Both the position numbers and the translations under genes were made by a program. The notes below the pieces were generated by a model, which did no database searches, was not told the origin of the DNA, and was given only the letters and a program-made list of their open reading frames with translations. 64,000 nucleotides of DNA, from assembly GCA_050506795.1 (NCBI GenBank), contig JBJHCF010000020.1, positions 1 through 64,000 on the forward strand, read 5' to 3'. The first letter of the stretch is position 1. Every line of letters begins with the position of its first letter. Shown here piece by piece: positions 31,564-43,000 of this stretch. Source of the stretch: Opitutia bacterium (GTDB taxonomy: Bacteria > Verrucomicrobiota > Verrucomicrobiia > Opitutales > T3Sed10-336).

Positions 31564-34269
31564 ATGATGAGATACTGCGAGAAATTGATGGCGGCCGCGG
31601 CTCTTCTCGGGCTTTGCGGACTGACGATGTTGTCCGGACAGGAGCGACCGGGAAGGTACCAATCGATGGACTATGGTCCGTTGATTGCGGATTCCATCGT
31701 GGCGGAATGGCCTGAGCGGAATCTGGCGCGCAAGGGCTTGGGAATACGGTTGTCTCACGATTCGGTGATGGTTTTCGACACCGACCTCCTGCGTTTTTCC
31801 GCCGGTGCCAGCGGCGGGTGGCTTGATCTCCGAGGTACTGACCGTACCACCTACCGCGGGCAGCGCACCCCGGTGGTGGAAGGACGGCAGATTTTCGGTA
31901 CAGCCGAAATTGCCGGTTGGGCGCGGGAGGGAAGTTTCGATGGGCCGCGCGAAGACGGAATGGGCAACCTCCCTAGGGAATGGGCTCATTATAAAGGGTT
32001 CTACCGATTTGGCGACCGGGTTGTGTTGGAATACACGGTGGGGTCGACAAGGGTGCGGGAAACCCCGGAGGCGGTGGCTTTCGGCGGAGACACTCCCGCT
32101 TTGGTGCGGCGTATGCGGGTGGCGCCCGCTTCAAACGACCTGCACGCCCTACTGTTAGCCCTCCCGCAGGGCGCTAAGGTTGTTTGGGAGACGGAGAGCA
32201 TTCTTCTGATGGAAACGGATTCCGGGACTCTTGCGGCGGGACTGGTGGAGGGCGCGGAAGGCGGGGTGTTGAGCGTATCGGAAGCGGGCGTTGTGCTTCG
32301 CCTGCCTGCGGCGGATGATTATCGCGAAGTTTCAGTGGCGATCTTTGAGCTGGAGGATCCGCAGAACTCCACGGCTCGGGCGGCGCTGGCCCGCATGGTT
32401 CGCGAATTGCAGGTTTTGAATTTCGAGCAGATGACCGCAGGCGGGCCGGCGCGCTGGGACCACGAGTTGGTCACTGAGGCGGAGGTCTCCGGGGAAAAGA
32501 AAGGTTATGTCATCGACCGAATTCCCTTCCCGGATGAAAATCCCTGGGGAGCGTGGTTGCGGCCTACCGGATTCAATTTTTTCGCCTGCGGAACCCGGGC
32601 GGCGGTGGGTACGTGGAATGGAGATGTCTGGATCGTGTCCGGACTGGGCGACGACCTCGGGACGGTTCGCTGGCGGCGCTTTGCTTCCGGGATGTACGGA
32701 GCCATGGGCATCGTGATCCGTGACGAGGAAATTTATGTGACCGAATACAGCCAGCTCACCCGTTTGCACGACCTGAACGGGAACGGGGAGGCCGATTTCT
32801 ACGAGAACTTCAACAACGACGGCGTTGTTTTTCCCCGGGCGCATTCCCTGGCGTTAGAGATGGATTCCGAGGGGGCGTTTTACTTTTTCAAGAACGGAAA
32901 TCGCGTGCCGGAAGGTATTCCCCAGCACGGTGCGCTGATCAGGGTCTCGGCGGATGGTAGCGAACGGGAGGTTTTCGCCACCGGCATCCGTGGCTCCAAT
33001 TCCCTGGGGATCGGGCCGGGCGACACTATTCTTGGCGCCGATCAGCAGGGGGAGTGGGCGCCGGTGGACCGGATTGATCGATTGCGCCGTGGAAAATTCT
33101 ACGGCTTTCGGCCGCATGGCGGTCAGGGCCGCCATCTGGGAGAGTTCGAGCATCCGGTGTTGTGGATTCCCTACGGGATAAACAACTCATCCGGCGCCCT
33201 GCATTTCGCCGATAGCGAAGATTGGGGACCTATGGCCGGCAACTGGATCCTGGGATCGTATGCGCGCCGCACACTTTTTGCCGTGCTTACCGAAGAAATC
33301 GGTGAGGTGATGCAGGGGGCGATGGTGCGGTTTCCCCACGAGTTCGGTTCGGGACTGGTGCGGGCGCGGATGAATCCGCAGGACGGCCAGCTCTACCTGT
33401 TGGGGATGCGTGGGTGGGGAACCTCGGCGCGAGAGGATAACAGTCTGGAGCGTTTGCGGTACACAGGCGCACCGGTGTATTTACCGCACCAATTCAACGT
33501 AACCGCGGACGGTGTTCGGTTGACCTTTTCCGAGCCGCTGGATCGTGCATGGGCTGAAGAGGCCGGGCGTTACGAGGTGGAGCGCTGGGAGTATATTTAC
33601 ACCGAGTCTTACGGTTCGCCCGAAATGTCGGTGCGGGATCCCGGCCGGCGGGGCCGCGATCCGGTGGAAGTGGTATCGGCTCGAGTGTCGGAAGACGGTA
33701 AAACGCTGTTCCTGGAGATTCCGGACCTTCGACCGGTGATGCAGCAAAGGGTGGGTTACGACCTACGTTTCGCAGACGGCCACGTTGAGGTAAATGACGT
33801 TTATCACACCATCCACACACTTTCGACCGCGGATGTACCGGAGTTTGTGGTACGTGTTGAAACGGCTATGAGTGAGGAGGTTACGGCGTGGGTTGACGAC
33901 GTAGAAAGCACATCCGAGGCACCGGAATGGTTCGTCCAGGGCAGGGAATCGTTTGAAATGAACTGTCTGGCATGTCACCAGTCCGGCGGTGTGGCGCCTT
34001 CCATGGCCGACTCCCGATGGGCGGGAGAATCTCATGAGGTGCTGACTCGGATTCTCTTACAGGGGATGGAGGGCCGACTTGGTCTGATGACTTCGTATGG
34101 CTGGATGGACGACGATGAACTCGCCGCCATTATCAGTTACATTGGCGTACGTTGGCACGGAACGAGTTCCGTGCGTCCGGACATTGTCAGACGTATCCGT
34201 GAAGCGACTGAGGACCGCAACGATTTCTGGACCGAGGAGGAGTTGCGTGCCCTTTTGGAGGAACTGTGA
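31564..34269 (+). CDS. Exported DUF6797-like / beta-propeller protein with C-terminal c-type cytochrome (PVC-type)
   Basis: Signal peptide, MDYGP...KGLGIRL...FDTDLLR, propeller-like TRLHDLNGNGEADFYE and ATGIR, CLACH heme motif; start uncertain (31540-31588). Confidence 0.75.
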   Translation: MMRYCEKLMAAAALLGLCGLTMLSGQERPGRYQSMDYGPLIADSIVAEWPERNLARKGLGIRLSHDSVMVFDTDLLRFSAGASGGWLDLRGTDRTTYRGQRTPVVEGRQIFGTAEIAGWAREGSFDGPREDGMGNLPREWAHYKGFYRFGDRVVLEYTVGSTRVRETPEAVAFGGDTPALVRRMRVAPASNDLHALLLALPQGAKVVWETESILLMETDSGTLAAGLVEGAEGGVLSVSEAGVVLRLPAADDYREVSVAIFELEDPQNSTARAALARMVRELQVLNFEQMTAGGPARWDHELVTEAEVSGEKKGYVIDRIPFPDENPWGAWLRPTGFNFFACGTRAAVGTWNGDVWIVSGLGDDLGTVRWRRFASGMYGAMGIVIRDEEIYVTEYSQLTRLHDLNGNGEADFYENFNNDGVVFPRAHSLALEMDSEGAFYFFKNGNRVPEGIPQHGALIRVSADGSEREVFATGIRGSNSLGIGPGDTILGADQQGEWAPVDRIDRLRRGKFYGFRPHGGQGRHLGEFEHPVLWIPYGINNSSGALHFADSEDWGPMAGNWILGSYARRTLFAVLTEEIGEVMQGAMVRFPHEFGSGLVRARMNPQDGQLYLLGMRGWGTSAREDNSLERLRYTGAPVYLPHQFNVTADGVRLTFSEPLDRAWAEEAGRYEVERWEYIYTESYGSPEMSVRDPGRRGRDPVEVVSARVSEDGKTLFLEIPDLRPVMQQRVGYDLRFADGHVEVNDVYHTIHTLSTADVPEFVVRVETAMSEEVTAWVDDVESTSEAPEWFVQGRESFEMNCLACHQSGGVAPSMADSRWAGESHEVLTRILLQGMEGRLGLMTSYGWMDDDELAAIISYIGVRWHGTSSVRPDIVRRIREATEDRNDFWTEEELRALLEEL

Positions 34270-34334
34270 TGCTGTGACGGAAAATCGTTCTGCCGCGGAA
34301 CTGAATCCCCCCGGTACGTTTTTCAAAAAGTACG

Positions 34335-34856
34335 TCAGTATCGGGGAATCAGGATGCGATTGATGCCGTGAAGGACGCCATTGGTGGCTTCGAGGTCACG
34401 GTTCTCGATGAGGGCGGTGTCCAGGAAAAAACGGTTCCGTTCGGTGATGTACTTCACCCGGGTGCCCGCAAGGGTTTCGACTTCCTGCTCGCCTTCGCCG
34501 AGGTGGTCGTCGGAGCGTACGATTTGTTCGAGGATATGATGCCCGATGAGGCGGTTGCGATAATGTTTTTGGCTGGGGTGGAGCAGGGTGTCGATCAAGG
34601 TCATGTCGAGACGGTCGAATGCCGTATCGGTAGGCGCAAAAACCGTGAAGGTGCCTTCGGCCTTCAGTTTCTCCAATAGATCGGTTTCCGCCAGGATGCG
34701 CAGAAACATGTTGTGCTCGCCGGTCTCACGCGCGAGTTCAACCAGGTTTTTGTCCGGTTGCGCCGCTTCTTCTCCGGCTACCGCGATCACGTTAATCGCC
34801 ATAAAGGCGGCCAACACCGTCAATGACGCCACTCGAAACAGTCCACTCTTTACCAT
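34335..34856 (-). CDS. Fasciclin (FAS1) domain protein
   Basis: Signal peptide, FTVFAPTDTAF, ATNGVLHGINRIL. Confidence 0.92.
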   Translation of the reverse strand: MVKSGLFRVASLTVLAAFMAINVIAVAGEEAAQPDKNLVELARETGEHNMFLRILAETDLLEKLKAEGTFTVFAPTDTAFDRLDMTLIDTLLHPSQKHYRNRLIGHHILEQIVRSDDHLGEGEQEVETLAGTRVKYITERNRFFLDTALIENRDLEATNGVLHGINRILIPRY

Positions 34857-34919
34857 GCCATCAGGTAAAACAGAATATTCCCGGTGACAAGCAATTTCCC
34901 TTCTTCCTGGGGACGTGGA

Positions 34920-35072
34920 CGCCCGCTGAAGCAGGGCGCTACAAGTTTTCCGGGTACTCCGTAGCTCCGTGCTTAAGCCGGAGACTCCTTTAGGGAACAG
35001 CGGTCCTTACGGCAAAGAAACGCCCGCTGAAGCAGGGCGCTACGTGGACGCCGGCTTATGTGAGGGCGCTAC
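34920..35072. repeat. Cluster of four GTAG-type REP palindromes
   Basis: GTAGCGCCCTGCTTCAGCGGGCG on minus at 34920-34942 and 35021-35043; GTAGCTCCGTGCTTAAGCCGGAG on plus at 34961-34983; degenerate minus copy at 35049-35072. Confidence 0.85.
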
Positions 35073-35085
35073 GGTGGTTGCGGCT

Positions 35086-36663
35086 TCAGGTGTTGGCCGG
35101 CTGATCGGGCTTTGCGGCGAAATCGGCGAGCAGTTCCGGTGTGGGAGGAATGTCTTTGATGATTTGGGAGGGATCCGGTCCGACGCCCAGGTAGCGCACG
35201 TTGGGCAACTCGGCCGGCCAGGGTTCGCCGTGGCTGGCGCAGCTGATGACGCTGCGGATCATGCCGGCGAAGTAGGCCTTGGCTTCCGTTGGTAGATCGG
35301 CGAAACGGCGAACGCCGGAAATATCCTCCCGCCAACCCGGGTAGGACTGATAGACGGGTTTGAGGGTCTTGCGCAGCGAATCGCGCCGGGGCACGTGATG
35401 ATAGCGTCGGCGCTGTTCATCCTCGTAGGCCACGCAAATCCGCAAGTCGCCCTTCCACTCGCCGTGGTGGCTGAGGGCGTCCAACTTGTTGATCATAAGA
35501 TCCTGAAACCCTCCGTAGCGCAGGGCGTCTCCCTTTTCCACGGCGTCGAACCAGCCCACCATGCGTTGCCGTCCGGTCGAGGTGCCGAACTCCAGCTTCT
35601 TCAGGATGTCGGTCAGCGGATGGTTTTCCGGCATGCGGGTGAGGAAGGTGTGAGTCCCGACCTTGGTATCGTAGGCCTTGGCGACGCCGAAAGTGTGGAT
35701 CGGTTGATTGGGAATGCCGGCCGAGAGGAAGAATTCCGGACTGAAGGTGTGAGAGGCGGTGACGTTGGGGGAGAATCCGTGACGCTTGTCCAGCCAGAAA
35801 GACTGGCCGAATTCTCCGATGATGTACTTCTCGTGTTTCAGATCGCGCAGCAGCACCTCGCGCAGGTCGCGGATACGGGGCGCCAGTTCGGCGCCGGCGC
35901 TCCAGTAAACGTCGATCAGGGCGTCCTCGTGCAAGGTGAATGGCCGCTCGCCGCGGAACTCACTAAAATCGAACTCGGATTCCTCAAAGACTCCCATGCG
36001 AATCGCTTCTTCATTGGCGCGCGTTTCCGCCTGGCTCAAGCGGGCAAACGCCTCGTCCCAAGCGGATTCATCCATTTCGCAGACGTGGCGGATGGTTTTC
36101 AGCGCCCGGTCGATCCGTCCGCGCATCTTACGTACAAACACCTCCCGGGGACCGAGGAAGTCGCTGAAAAAGATCTGCCACTGTCCGGTTTCGTCCTGGT
36201 AGGCGGGGGTGATGCCCCGGGCGGTTGAGCCGCGCGGTTCCTCCCCCAGTTTGGAGACACGATAATGTTCCCAGGCGAGGTCGAGCAGGCGGTGGCTGAG
36301 GTCCGACACCATCGCGCGTTCGTCCACTACCAGGCGCGGCAGGATGCTGTATCCTTTGGCTTCAAGAGGGCGGGTTTCCCACCAGATCTTGCGCGGGTCG
36401 GCCACCACTCCCGAAGCGATTCCCAGGGTGGGGACGGCTGATTCCGCCACCCCGGCGGGGAGCAGGTTAAGTTTGAGTCCGGCAGCGGTGTGGCCGGAGT
36501 TGGCACCGCCGTTCACCTTGATGACCGAGCCGACCGGTTCGGGTTGCCCGGTGGTTTCGCGGAGTTCCTGGACGATTTCGGCGATCAGACGGCCTTTGCC
36601 TTCGTCGCCCATGCTGATACCCACGTCGGCGATCAGCTTGCTGTGAAATGGTTGCAGAGCCAT
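35086..36663 (-). CDS. purA: Adenylosuccinate synthetase (long, divergent form)
   Basis: [52 protein letters not shown]. Confidence 0.92.
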   Translation of the reverse strand: MALQPFHSKLIADVGISMGDEGKGRLIAEIVQELRETTGQPEPVGSVIKVNGGANSGHTAAGLKLNLLPAGVAESAVPTLGIASGVVADPRKIWWETRPLEAKGYSILPRLVVDERAMVSDLSHRLLDLAWEHYRVSKLGEEPRGSTARGITPAYQDETGQWQIFFSDFLGPREVFVRKMRGRIDRALKTIRHVCEMDESAWDEAFARLSQAETRANEEAIRMGVFEESEFDFSEFRGERPFTLHEDALIDVYWSAGAELAPRIRDLREVLLRDLKHEKYIIGEFGQSFWLDKRHGFSPNVTASHTFSPEFFLSAGIPNQPIHTFGVAKAYDTKVGTHTFLTRMPENHPLTDILKKLEFGTSTGRQRMVGWFDAVEKGDALRYGGFQDLMINKLDALSHHGEWKGDLRICVAYEDEQRRRYHHVPRRDSLRKTLKPVYQSYPGWREDISGVRRFADLPTEAKAYFAGMIRSVISCASHGEPWPAELPNVRYLGVGPDPSQIIKDIPPTPELLADFAAKPDQPANT

Positions 36664-36857
36664 GGTACGTGAAAACGGTAACGAAGTATCCGCGCTTCTC
36701 CGGGCCACCCGGCGAAACGGACACAAACGCACACGCTTTCACACCCGGCCCCGCGTGGCAATGCCGAATATGGCTTATCAATAAATAACTCCTGTTTCGG
36801 GCGCCGGTGAGCAATGGGGGCTTGTTGCCGGGAGCGGAGCTGTGGTAAGGGTTTCCC

Positions 36858-37436
36858 GTGAATGTGGTGATACTCGGTTCGGGGCGCGGCGGCAACGCCC
36901 GGCGCCTGCTGGAAGCGGAGCGCGAAGGAGCTCTGGGAGAGGCGCGGATTTCCGCAATTTTTTGCGACCGTCCGGAGGCGCCCATCCTGAAGCTGGGGCC
37001 GGCCTTCGGGGTGAAAGCCCACTACCTGGATCCCGGCGAGTACCGCACCAAGCTTACCGGCGACGCCGAACGCGCCTACATCGAGGCCATCGAGGCGGAG
37101 CGACCGGGGCTTGTGGTGCTGGCCGGTTTCATGCGTGTGATCAAGGCCCCGTTCATACAGACGTTCGAAGGGCGGATTATCAACCTCCATCCCAGTCTGT
37201 TGCCCAGCTTCAAGGGATTGCATGCCGTTCGGCAGGCCTACGACTACGGGGTGAAGATCACCGGCTGCACGGTCCATTTCGTGACCGAGGATGTCGATGG
37301 CGGACCTATCATCGATCAGGCCGCAGTGCGTATTGAGAACAAGGATACTTTGGAAACCCTCGAAGAAAAGGTTCACGCCGCCGAACATCGCCTGCTCCCC
37401 GAAGTGGTGGCAAGGTTGAGTCGAGAAAGGGTTTGA
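36858..37436 (+). CDS. purN: Phosphoribosylglycinamide formyltransferase
   Basis: SGRGGN, LAGFMR, NLHPSLLPSFKG, GCTVHFV, DGGPII. Confidence 0.96.
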   Translation: MNVVILGSGRGGNARRLLEAEREGALGEARISAIFCDRPEAPILKLGPAFGVKAHYLDPGEYRTKLTGDAERAYIEAIEAERPGLVVLAGFMRVIKAPFIQTFEGRIINLHPSLLPSFKGLHAVRQAYDYGVKITGCTVHFVTEDVDGGPIIDQAAVRIENKDTLETLEEKVHAAEHRLLPEVVARLSRERV

Positions 37437-37542
37437 GCCCGAATTTTAAGGTGCGTTCAGCGCCCCATTCAAGTGTCCTTGGGCCTTGCTTCAAACCCGG
37501 GTTTGTGGTCGGCTGACGTCCTCTCATTAAACCATTTTCGCC

Positions 37543-39696
37543 ATGAAAACCTTCCTTCACTTCAAGCGCCTGGTCATTTGCTGTTGTTGTCCGTTCGCCG
37601 CGATGTCGGGATCGGGGGGTGCTTCGGCAGCGCAACCGGATTCCCGTTTCGACCTGGAGAAAATCGCGGAGCGCAATCCGAGGATTGCCTCGCTTGTGCC
37701 GGGCGAGGGCTTTGACCGTGAGGTGCTCCGGGTCTCGCCGGATTCGGCCGCTCAGCGGATAACCATCTGGGAGAAGGGCGATCCCGGTGACTGGTCGCAG
37801 GCCAATTACCTGGTGATCGAAATGTATGGCGCGAATGATTACAGCGGACGAATTTCCATCGAGTTTTATCGCGAAAGCGGTTTGGAGGGGGCGGCGCAGC
37901 TCCAGAGCGGGGAGGTGCGGGACACGGCGCGGCCGAGGCTGCTCAGCCTGCAAGGGCTGATGCCGCGGGTGCCGACCAAAATGGTCTTTCCCCTCGATTA
38001 TCTGGACGCGCAGAGAATCTTTCTCCCCCGTTTTCCGCGCCAGTTGAAGGGCACCCTGACCGGCAGTCGCATGGAGCCCGAGGAAATCGCGGCCGTGCGG
38101 CTCCAGTTCGGGCCCTATTCGGAACCCCACTTCACGCCTTCCTTTGAGATCGCCTCGATTGCCCTGCATCCCTCCCTTCCGGAGCCGTATCCTCCGCTGG
38201 AGGAGCCGATCGTTGATGTGCTGGGGCAGTGGAATCAACGGGACTGGCCGGGTAAAATTCACTCCGAAGAGGAACTGATCGAACGCACCCGCGCGTTGCT
38301 CGAATCGGTCGAATCGGCATCGTTCCCGCAAACCTGGAGCCGATTCGGTGGCTGGAAGGAGAAACAGTTTGGAGCCACCGGTTTCTTTCGGACGCATCAC
38401 GATGGCGACCGTTGGTGGCTGGTGGATCCCGATGGGTATGCCTTTATCAGCGCGGGGGTGACCGGAATGGGCCACAACGCCCTGGGACCGGTGGAAGGGA
38501 TCGAGGACTTTTTCGCCTGGCTGCCCGAGGAAGGGGATGAGCGTTTTGCGCCCGCGCTCGGTCGAACCCGGGATATGCGTGCGGTCGACTTTCTGCGGGC
38601 CAATCTGATCCGGGCGTTTGGAGACGATTGGATCGAAGAATGGAGCCGGCTGACGGCGGGTTTGATGAAGCGCTTCCAGTTGAATACGGTGGCTAATTGG
38701 TCGAACCTCGAATTCGCCCGCGAGCACCGGTTGCCGTACGTGTTGCAGATGCGTGATTTCCCGTCGACGGAAAACCGGCTGTTTCGCGATTTTCCCGACG
38801 TGTACTCCGACGAGTACCGCGAGGCCTCGGTGCGTTATGCCTCCCAACTGGAGGACTTCAAAAACGACCCCTACCTCATCGGATATTTCCTCATCAATGA
38901 GCCGCACTGGGGATTCGGTTATCACAATCTGGCGTTCGAGATGTTCGCCACCGACGCACCCTCCGCCACCAAAACCGCTTTTATCGAGTGGCTGGAAGAG
39001 CAATACGAAGGGCGGATCGATTCCTTCAATCGCGAATGGAGGCTGTCCCTGAGCGATTTTGCCGCCCTGAATGTGGAGACCTTCCGCGAGTACCCTTCGG
39101 AGCGGGCGGAACAACTCTTTCACGAATTTTCCCGTGTCATGGTTAAAAAATACGTGGATGTGGCCTGTGACGAGGTGGAAAAGGTCGCGCCCGACCACCT
39201 GAATTTGGGCATGCGTTATGCCTGGATCAGTTCCGACCTGATGTACACCGCCGGCGAGCGATTCGACGTTTTCTCCATCAACGGATACGGCAACCCCGGT
39301 CCGCCACGCACCGACGAGATCGCCCGTCGCAGCGGCAAACCGGTCATTATCGGCGAATGGCATTTCGGGGCCACCGACCGCGGGTTGCCCGCAACCGGAA
39401 TCCAGGGGGCGTTGAACCAGGAACAGCGCGCCATGGCTTACCGGTATTACGCCGAACAGGCCTTTGCCCGGCCGGAGTTGGTCGGCATTCATTATTTTCA
39501 ATGGAACGATCAACCGGTGTCCGGTCGGTTTGACGGGGAAAACTACAATATCGGAGTTGTGGACATCACCAATCAGCCCTACCCGGAACTCACCGAAGCG
39601 ATGACGATAAGCCACCAGCGCATGTATCACGTGGCATCGGGCGAGGAGCCTCCGTTTGACCAGGTCATAGAGCGGGTGCCTTCGATACATTACTGA
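37543..39696 (+). CDS. Exported GH50-like glycoside hydrolase (beta-agarase family)
   Basis: WSRFGGW...ATGFFRT...WWLVDPDG, NTVANWS, FPDVY, GYFLINEPHW (acid/base), PVIIGEWHFG (nucleophile), FDGENYNIG. Confidence 0.85.
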   Translation: MKTFLHFKRLVICCCCPFAAMSGSGGASAAQPDSRFDLEKIAERNPRIASLVPGEGFDREVLRVSPDSAAQRITIWEKGDPGDWSQANYLVIEMYGANDYSGRISIEFYRESGLEGAAQLQSGEVRDTARPRLLSLQGLMPRVPTKMVFPLDYLDAQRIFLPRFPRQLKGTLTGSRMEPEEIAAVRLQFGPYSEPHFTPSFEIASIALHPSLPEPYPPLEEPIVDVLGQWNQRDWPGKIHSEEELIERTRALLESVESASFPQTWSRFGGWKEKQFGATGFFRTHHDGDRWWLVDPDGYAFISAGVTGMGHNALGPVEGIEDFFAWLPEEGDERFAPALGRTRDMRAVDFLRANLIRAFGDDWIEEWSRLTAGLMKRFQLNTVANWSNLEFAREHRLPYVLQMRDFPSTENRLFRDFPDVYSDEYREASVRYASQLEDFKNDPYLIGYFLINEPHWGFGYHNLAFEMFATDAPSATKTAFIEWLEEQYEGRIDSFNREWRLSLSDFAALNVETFREYPSERAEQLFHEFSRVMVKKYVDVACDEVEKVAPDHLNLGMRYAWISSDLMYTAGERFDVFSINGYGNPGPPRTDEIARRSGKPVIIGEWHFGATDRGLPATGIQGALNQEQRAMAYRYYAEQAFARPELVGIHYFQWNDQPVSGRFDGENYNIGVVDITNQPYPELTEAMTISHQRMYHVASGEEPPFDQVIERVPSIHY

Positions 39697-40042
39697 GTTG
39701 TTATCGCCGACCGGCGACACACGACTTTTTCATCCGGCCTTTGGAGCCCGCAACTTAAAACACCGTGGCGGTCATATGCGCGTTTTTTAAGCTTGCCTTT
39801 TAGGTGTTATTTGTTTGGCTAATGGCAGTGGTCAGGATGGGGTAGGCGCATCGAATGCCCTGTGGCCCGTCACGGGTGTTGGCGTGAGCACCCGTTGAGC
39901 CGACCCAGAGAAGGTTCGGTTCCTGTTTTTGAGTTCGAGGGTGAGCTCCGTGTAGGATGGGGTGCCGCCCGCCGTTTGGGAAACTGGTATTCGACTGTTT
40001 GGAATGGGTTCGACAAGAACAGGTTCCGAGAGAGGTAGGCGC

Positions 40043-43000
40043 ATGTGGACGGGTCCGTTTGAAGCCTGGACGCGCTGGTGTTCCGTTTGCGTTTTGTGGG
40101 CGGTCGGGGCGGCGACTCTGACGGCGCAGCCCGCCGAGGTGATGGTGTCCTCACCTGATGTGACGATGGGAACGAGCTGGGTGCTCGACACCGATCCATC
40201 GCAGAGCACGGTCCAGTTGACCGTAGGTTTCCTGGTGAACCGCGATCAGCCGATGGGCGAGCCGCGCGACATTCCATTTCGGATTGACGTGCGCATGGTG
40301 CAGGATTCCGAGGACCCCGTGCTGGCCGGTTTCGTCGTAGAAACCTTCGCTGTGCATGTCTCACCGGTGGTGGTCGATATGCAGTTGGTGTTTCCCCTTT
40401 CGATCACTCCGGACATCGTTCTCAGTGAGCACCACGGGTACGTTCTCCACGTCGCGGTATTCCACGACGACGATCCCCCGTCGGGCGACTTCCAATTCGA
40501 CCACCTGATCGAGGACGGCCCGCATGACATCGCGCATTTTTCCGGCCTGTTGCGTTTCGGTAGTGTGGAAACGACGGTGAACGCTTTATCTGTTCCCCCT
40601 GAGTTTCTGGGCGCGCCGGGAGATTGGCGTCTTGTCCTCGCGGAGGGCGAGTTGGCCAACGGGACTCCGTTTCTGAACGGACCGCCACCTTCGACCCCGC
40701 ACCTGGATGTGCAGCGCGACGATTCGGACGGCAGCGTCTCGGTGGTGGACGGTTCGGTTCTGCTCGATCCGCCGGACTCGGGTTTTTCCGTCAACGGTTG
40801 GTCGGGCCAACTCGGGCGGGTAACTCTCGATGCGAACGGGTTGGTGGCGCATTCGTTCCGGCTCGACCTGCCGGAGGGAACGGGCTGGCGTTCCGCCGAC
40901 AACAACGATCCCGCGATTCCCCGGACCCTGAATCCAACCTTTTTATCCGAGGGGGGCGTCTTGCCGGTCGATGAGGATTTGCAGCCGATTGCGGGAGCTT
41001 CGGGGACGTTTTTCCAATCCCATGAATTTGTGGATGAACGTCAGGCGATCGGATTCGTCAGCGACGAATGGTCCTGGGATCTGGAGACCCTGCGTATCGG
41101 CCAGCCGGAGACGCGTTTCTTTCGTCAGTGGTACCACGACCAGTGGAAATCCGTCAAAGGCGACCTCCCCGACACCAACGACGGATATTTCGACCAATTG
41201 CTTGCCGATGCGCTCACCGATCTGCACATTCGACCCGGGATGGCGGGCGGTTTCAGCGTCGAGCTGGGATTGGCCGCCGGTGAGTTTTTCACGCATTTTC
41301 CTCACGGATACGTTCGTCATCAGGGCGGCATGATTCGGCTCGAAAACAGCATGCCCGATCCGACGGTTTCGGGCTTGAACGGTGCCACGACGGCGATTGT
41401 GACCCACACCGGCTGCCGTTCGGAGGAGGACCCGCATGCCCTGCCCAACCCCGCCACCATGGAGGCGGTGGCGGTGGGACCGGGAGCGGTGCGCTTCACC
41501 GCGCACGGGAGTTTGTGGACCGAAGGGGCGCCGCTGACGTCGCTCCAAGGAGCGACTGTGCCCATCGTCCGCCGGGCCGCCGCCGGGCTCGATCCCGACA
41601 CGGGGTTGCCGGTGCATGAAACGGATGATTACATCGGCCAACCCGTGCAAATCCTGATCCCGGGCGCTCTGGCACCGGCGGCGCCGGGCGTGCCCGGCGC
41701 GTTGAATCCGGCGCGCTGGTTGTACACGGGCTTGCGGCCGGATGATGACGACGCGCTCGAGCCCCCGGGAACCTCGGCCTACCTGGCCGGCGCGGCGGAT
41801 TACGCGGGGGTGAATTTTCGCCACTTCCCGGGCCTCAACGGGGTATCCCGTATCGGCGGCGGGGTTATGGGCCCGTATGCGCTGGAGTCGTGTCAGAAGG
41901 TGTACGCCCGTTCCTCCGGAGTCACCGGACGCTGGGTGGCCGACGCCTCCAGCCTGCCGCCATCGATGCAGATCGGCGGCCCCGATCCATTTACGATGGA
42001 ATTCAATGTCTGGGCCTTCCAACTGGTGGGGAACGAGCCGCAATTCGAATACAGCGCGGTCACGGGAAGCGTCAGTCTTCCGTATCCGGCGGACATGACG
42101 CTGGCCTTCGATTCGATCGAGTTCAGTTGCTGCGGAAACCTCGACCGGGTCTCGCTGGCGGACGGGCAGTCGGTGCAGGAACTCGCTTACTGGGCCAATT
42201 CACGGATCGCCATTCAAAGCGCCCGCTTTGTTTCCGCCGATGATTGTTCGATGGAGGACAGCGCGCTTGAATTGCACGTGCGTGCCCGGGTCAACGGGTT
42301 TCCCAACGACCTCGACGGGATCCTTCTCTTCCGCGGGAGCGGGCGCATGACCACTGGACTCGACGATCCGCTCCCGGCCAGCGCCTTATATGTGCCCACG
42401 GGAAGTCCGTTTGCGGGCGATTATATTCTCACTTCGGTACGGCATGCCTACTACAACGATCCGGGTCCCGTAGATCCCAACCAGAGCGGTCCGGGCGAGG
42501 GATTCATCAGCGTGGCCGGGCACCTGCAATTGCCGTTCTTCGAAGCGATGGAGGTCCACGCGGTGCTGAACGGGACGGATCCGCCGCCGGCGGGCAATCC
42601 GGATACCATTCCCGGAATGCGCCGTGGTTGGACGGACAACGGGGACACCTTCTTCAACAATGCGAACTTCGACGCCGCCCATCTGGGACTGCCGCCGGGA
42701 TTCGCCACGGGATTCGCCTACGTGACCGGCCTGGACGAAGCGCACCTGACGATTGCCCGGCGCACCTGGTTCGGCAAAATACCGTTCAACTTTCCGGTGC
42801 TGTACGATCCCTTCACGCGGCATTTTCATTCAGTCGAGAAAAAGGAAATCGACATCATCATTGCCCAGGCCGAAGCGGACGTTCCCCGCCTCAACCACCG
42901 GCAGGCCGCCATCGACTTCGGCATCACCGTCGGTCTTAGTTTGAACAACCTGTTTTCCGACGTGCTCGAATTCGCCACCGGGCATCTGGTAGAGGGATTC

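Noticed and set aside
34913..35072. CRISPR array
   Set aside because: Repeats are in mixed orientation with irregular spacing and GTAG-hairpin form; no cas genes are present.
37309..39720. 803-aa minus-strand ORF
   Set aside because: Shadow of the GH50-like gene; the same applies to 9645-10982, 51512-52912 and 60777-62111.
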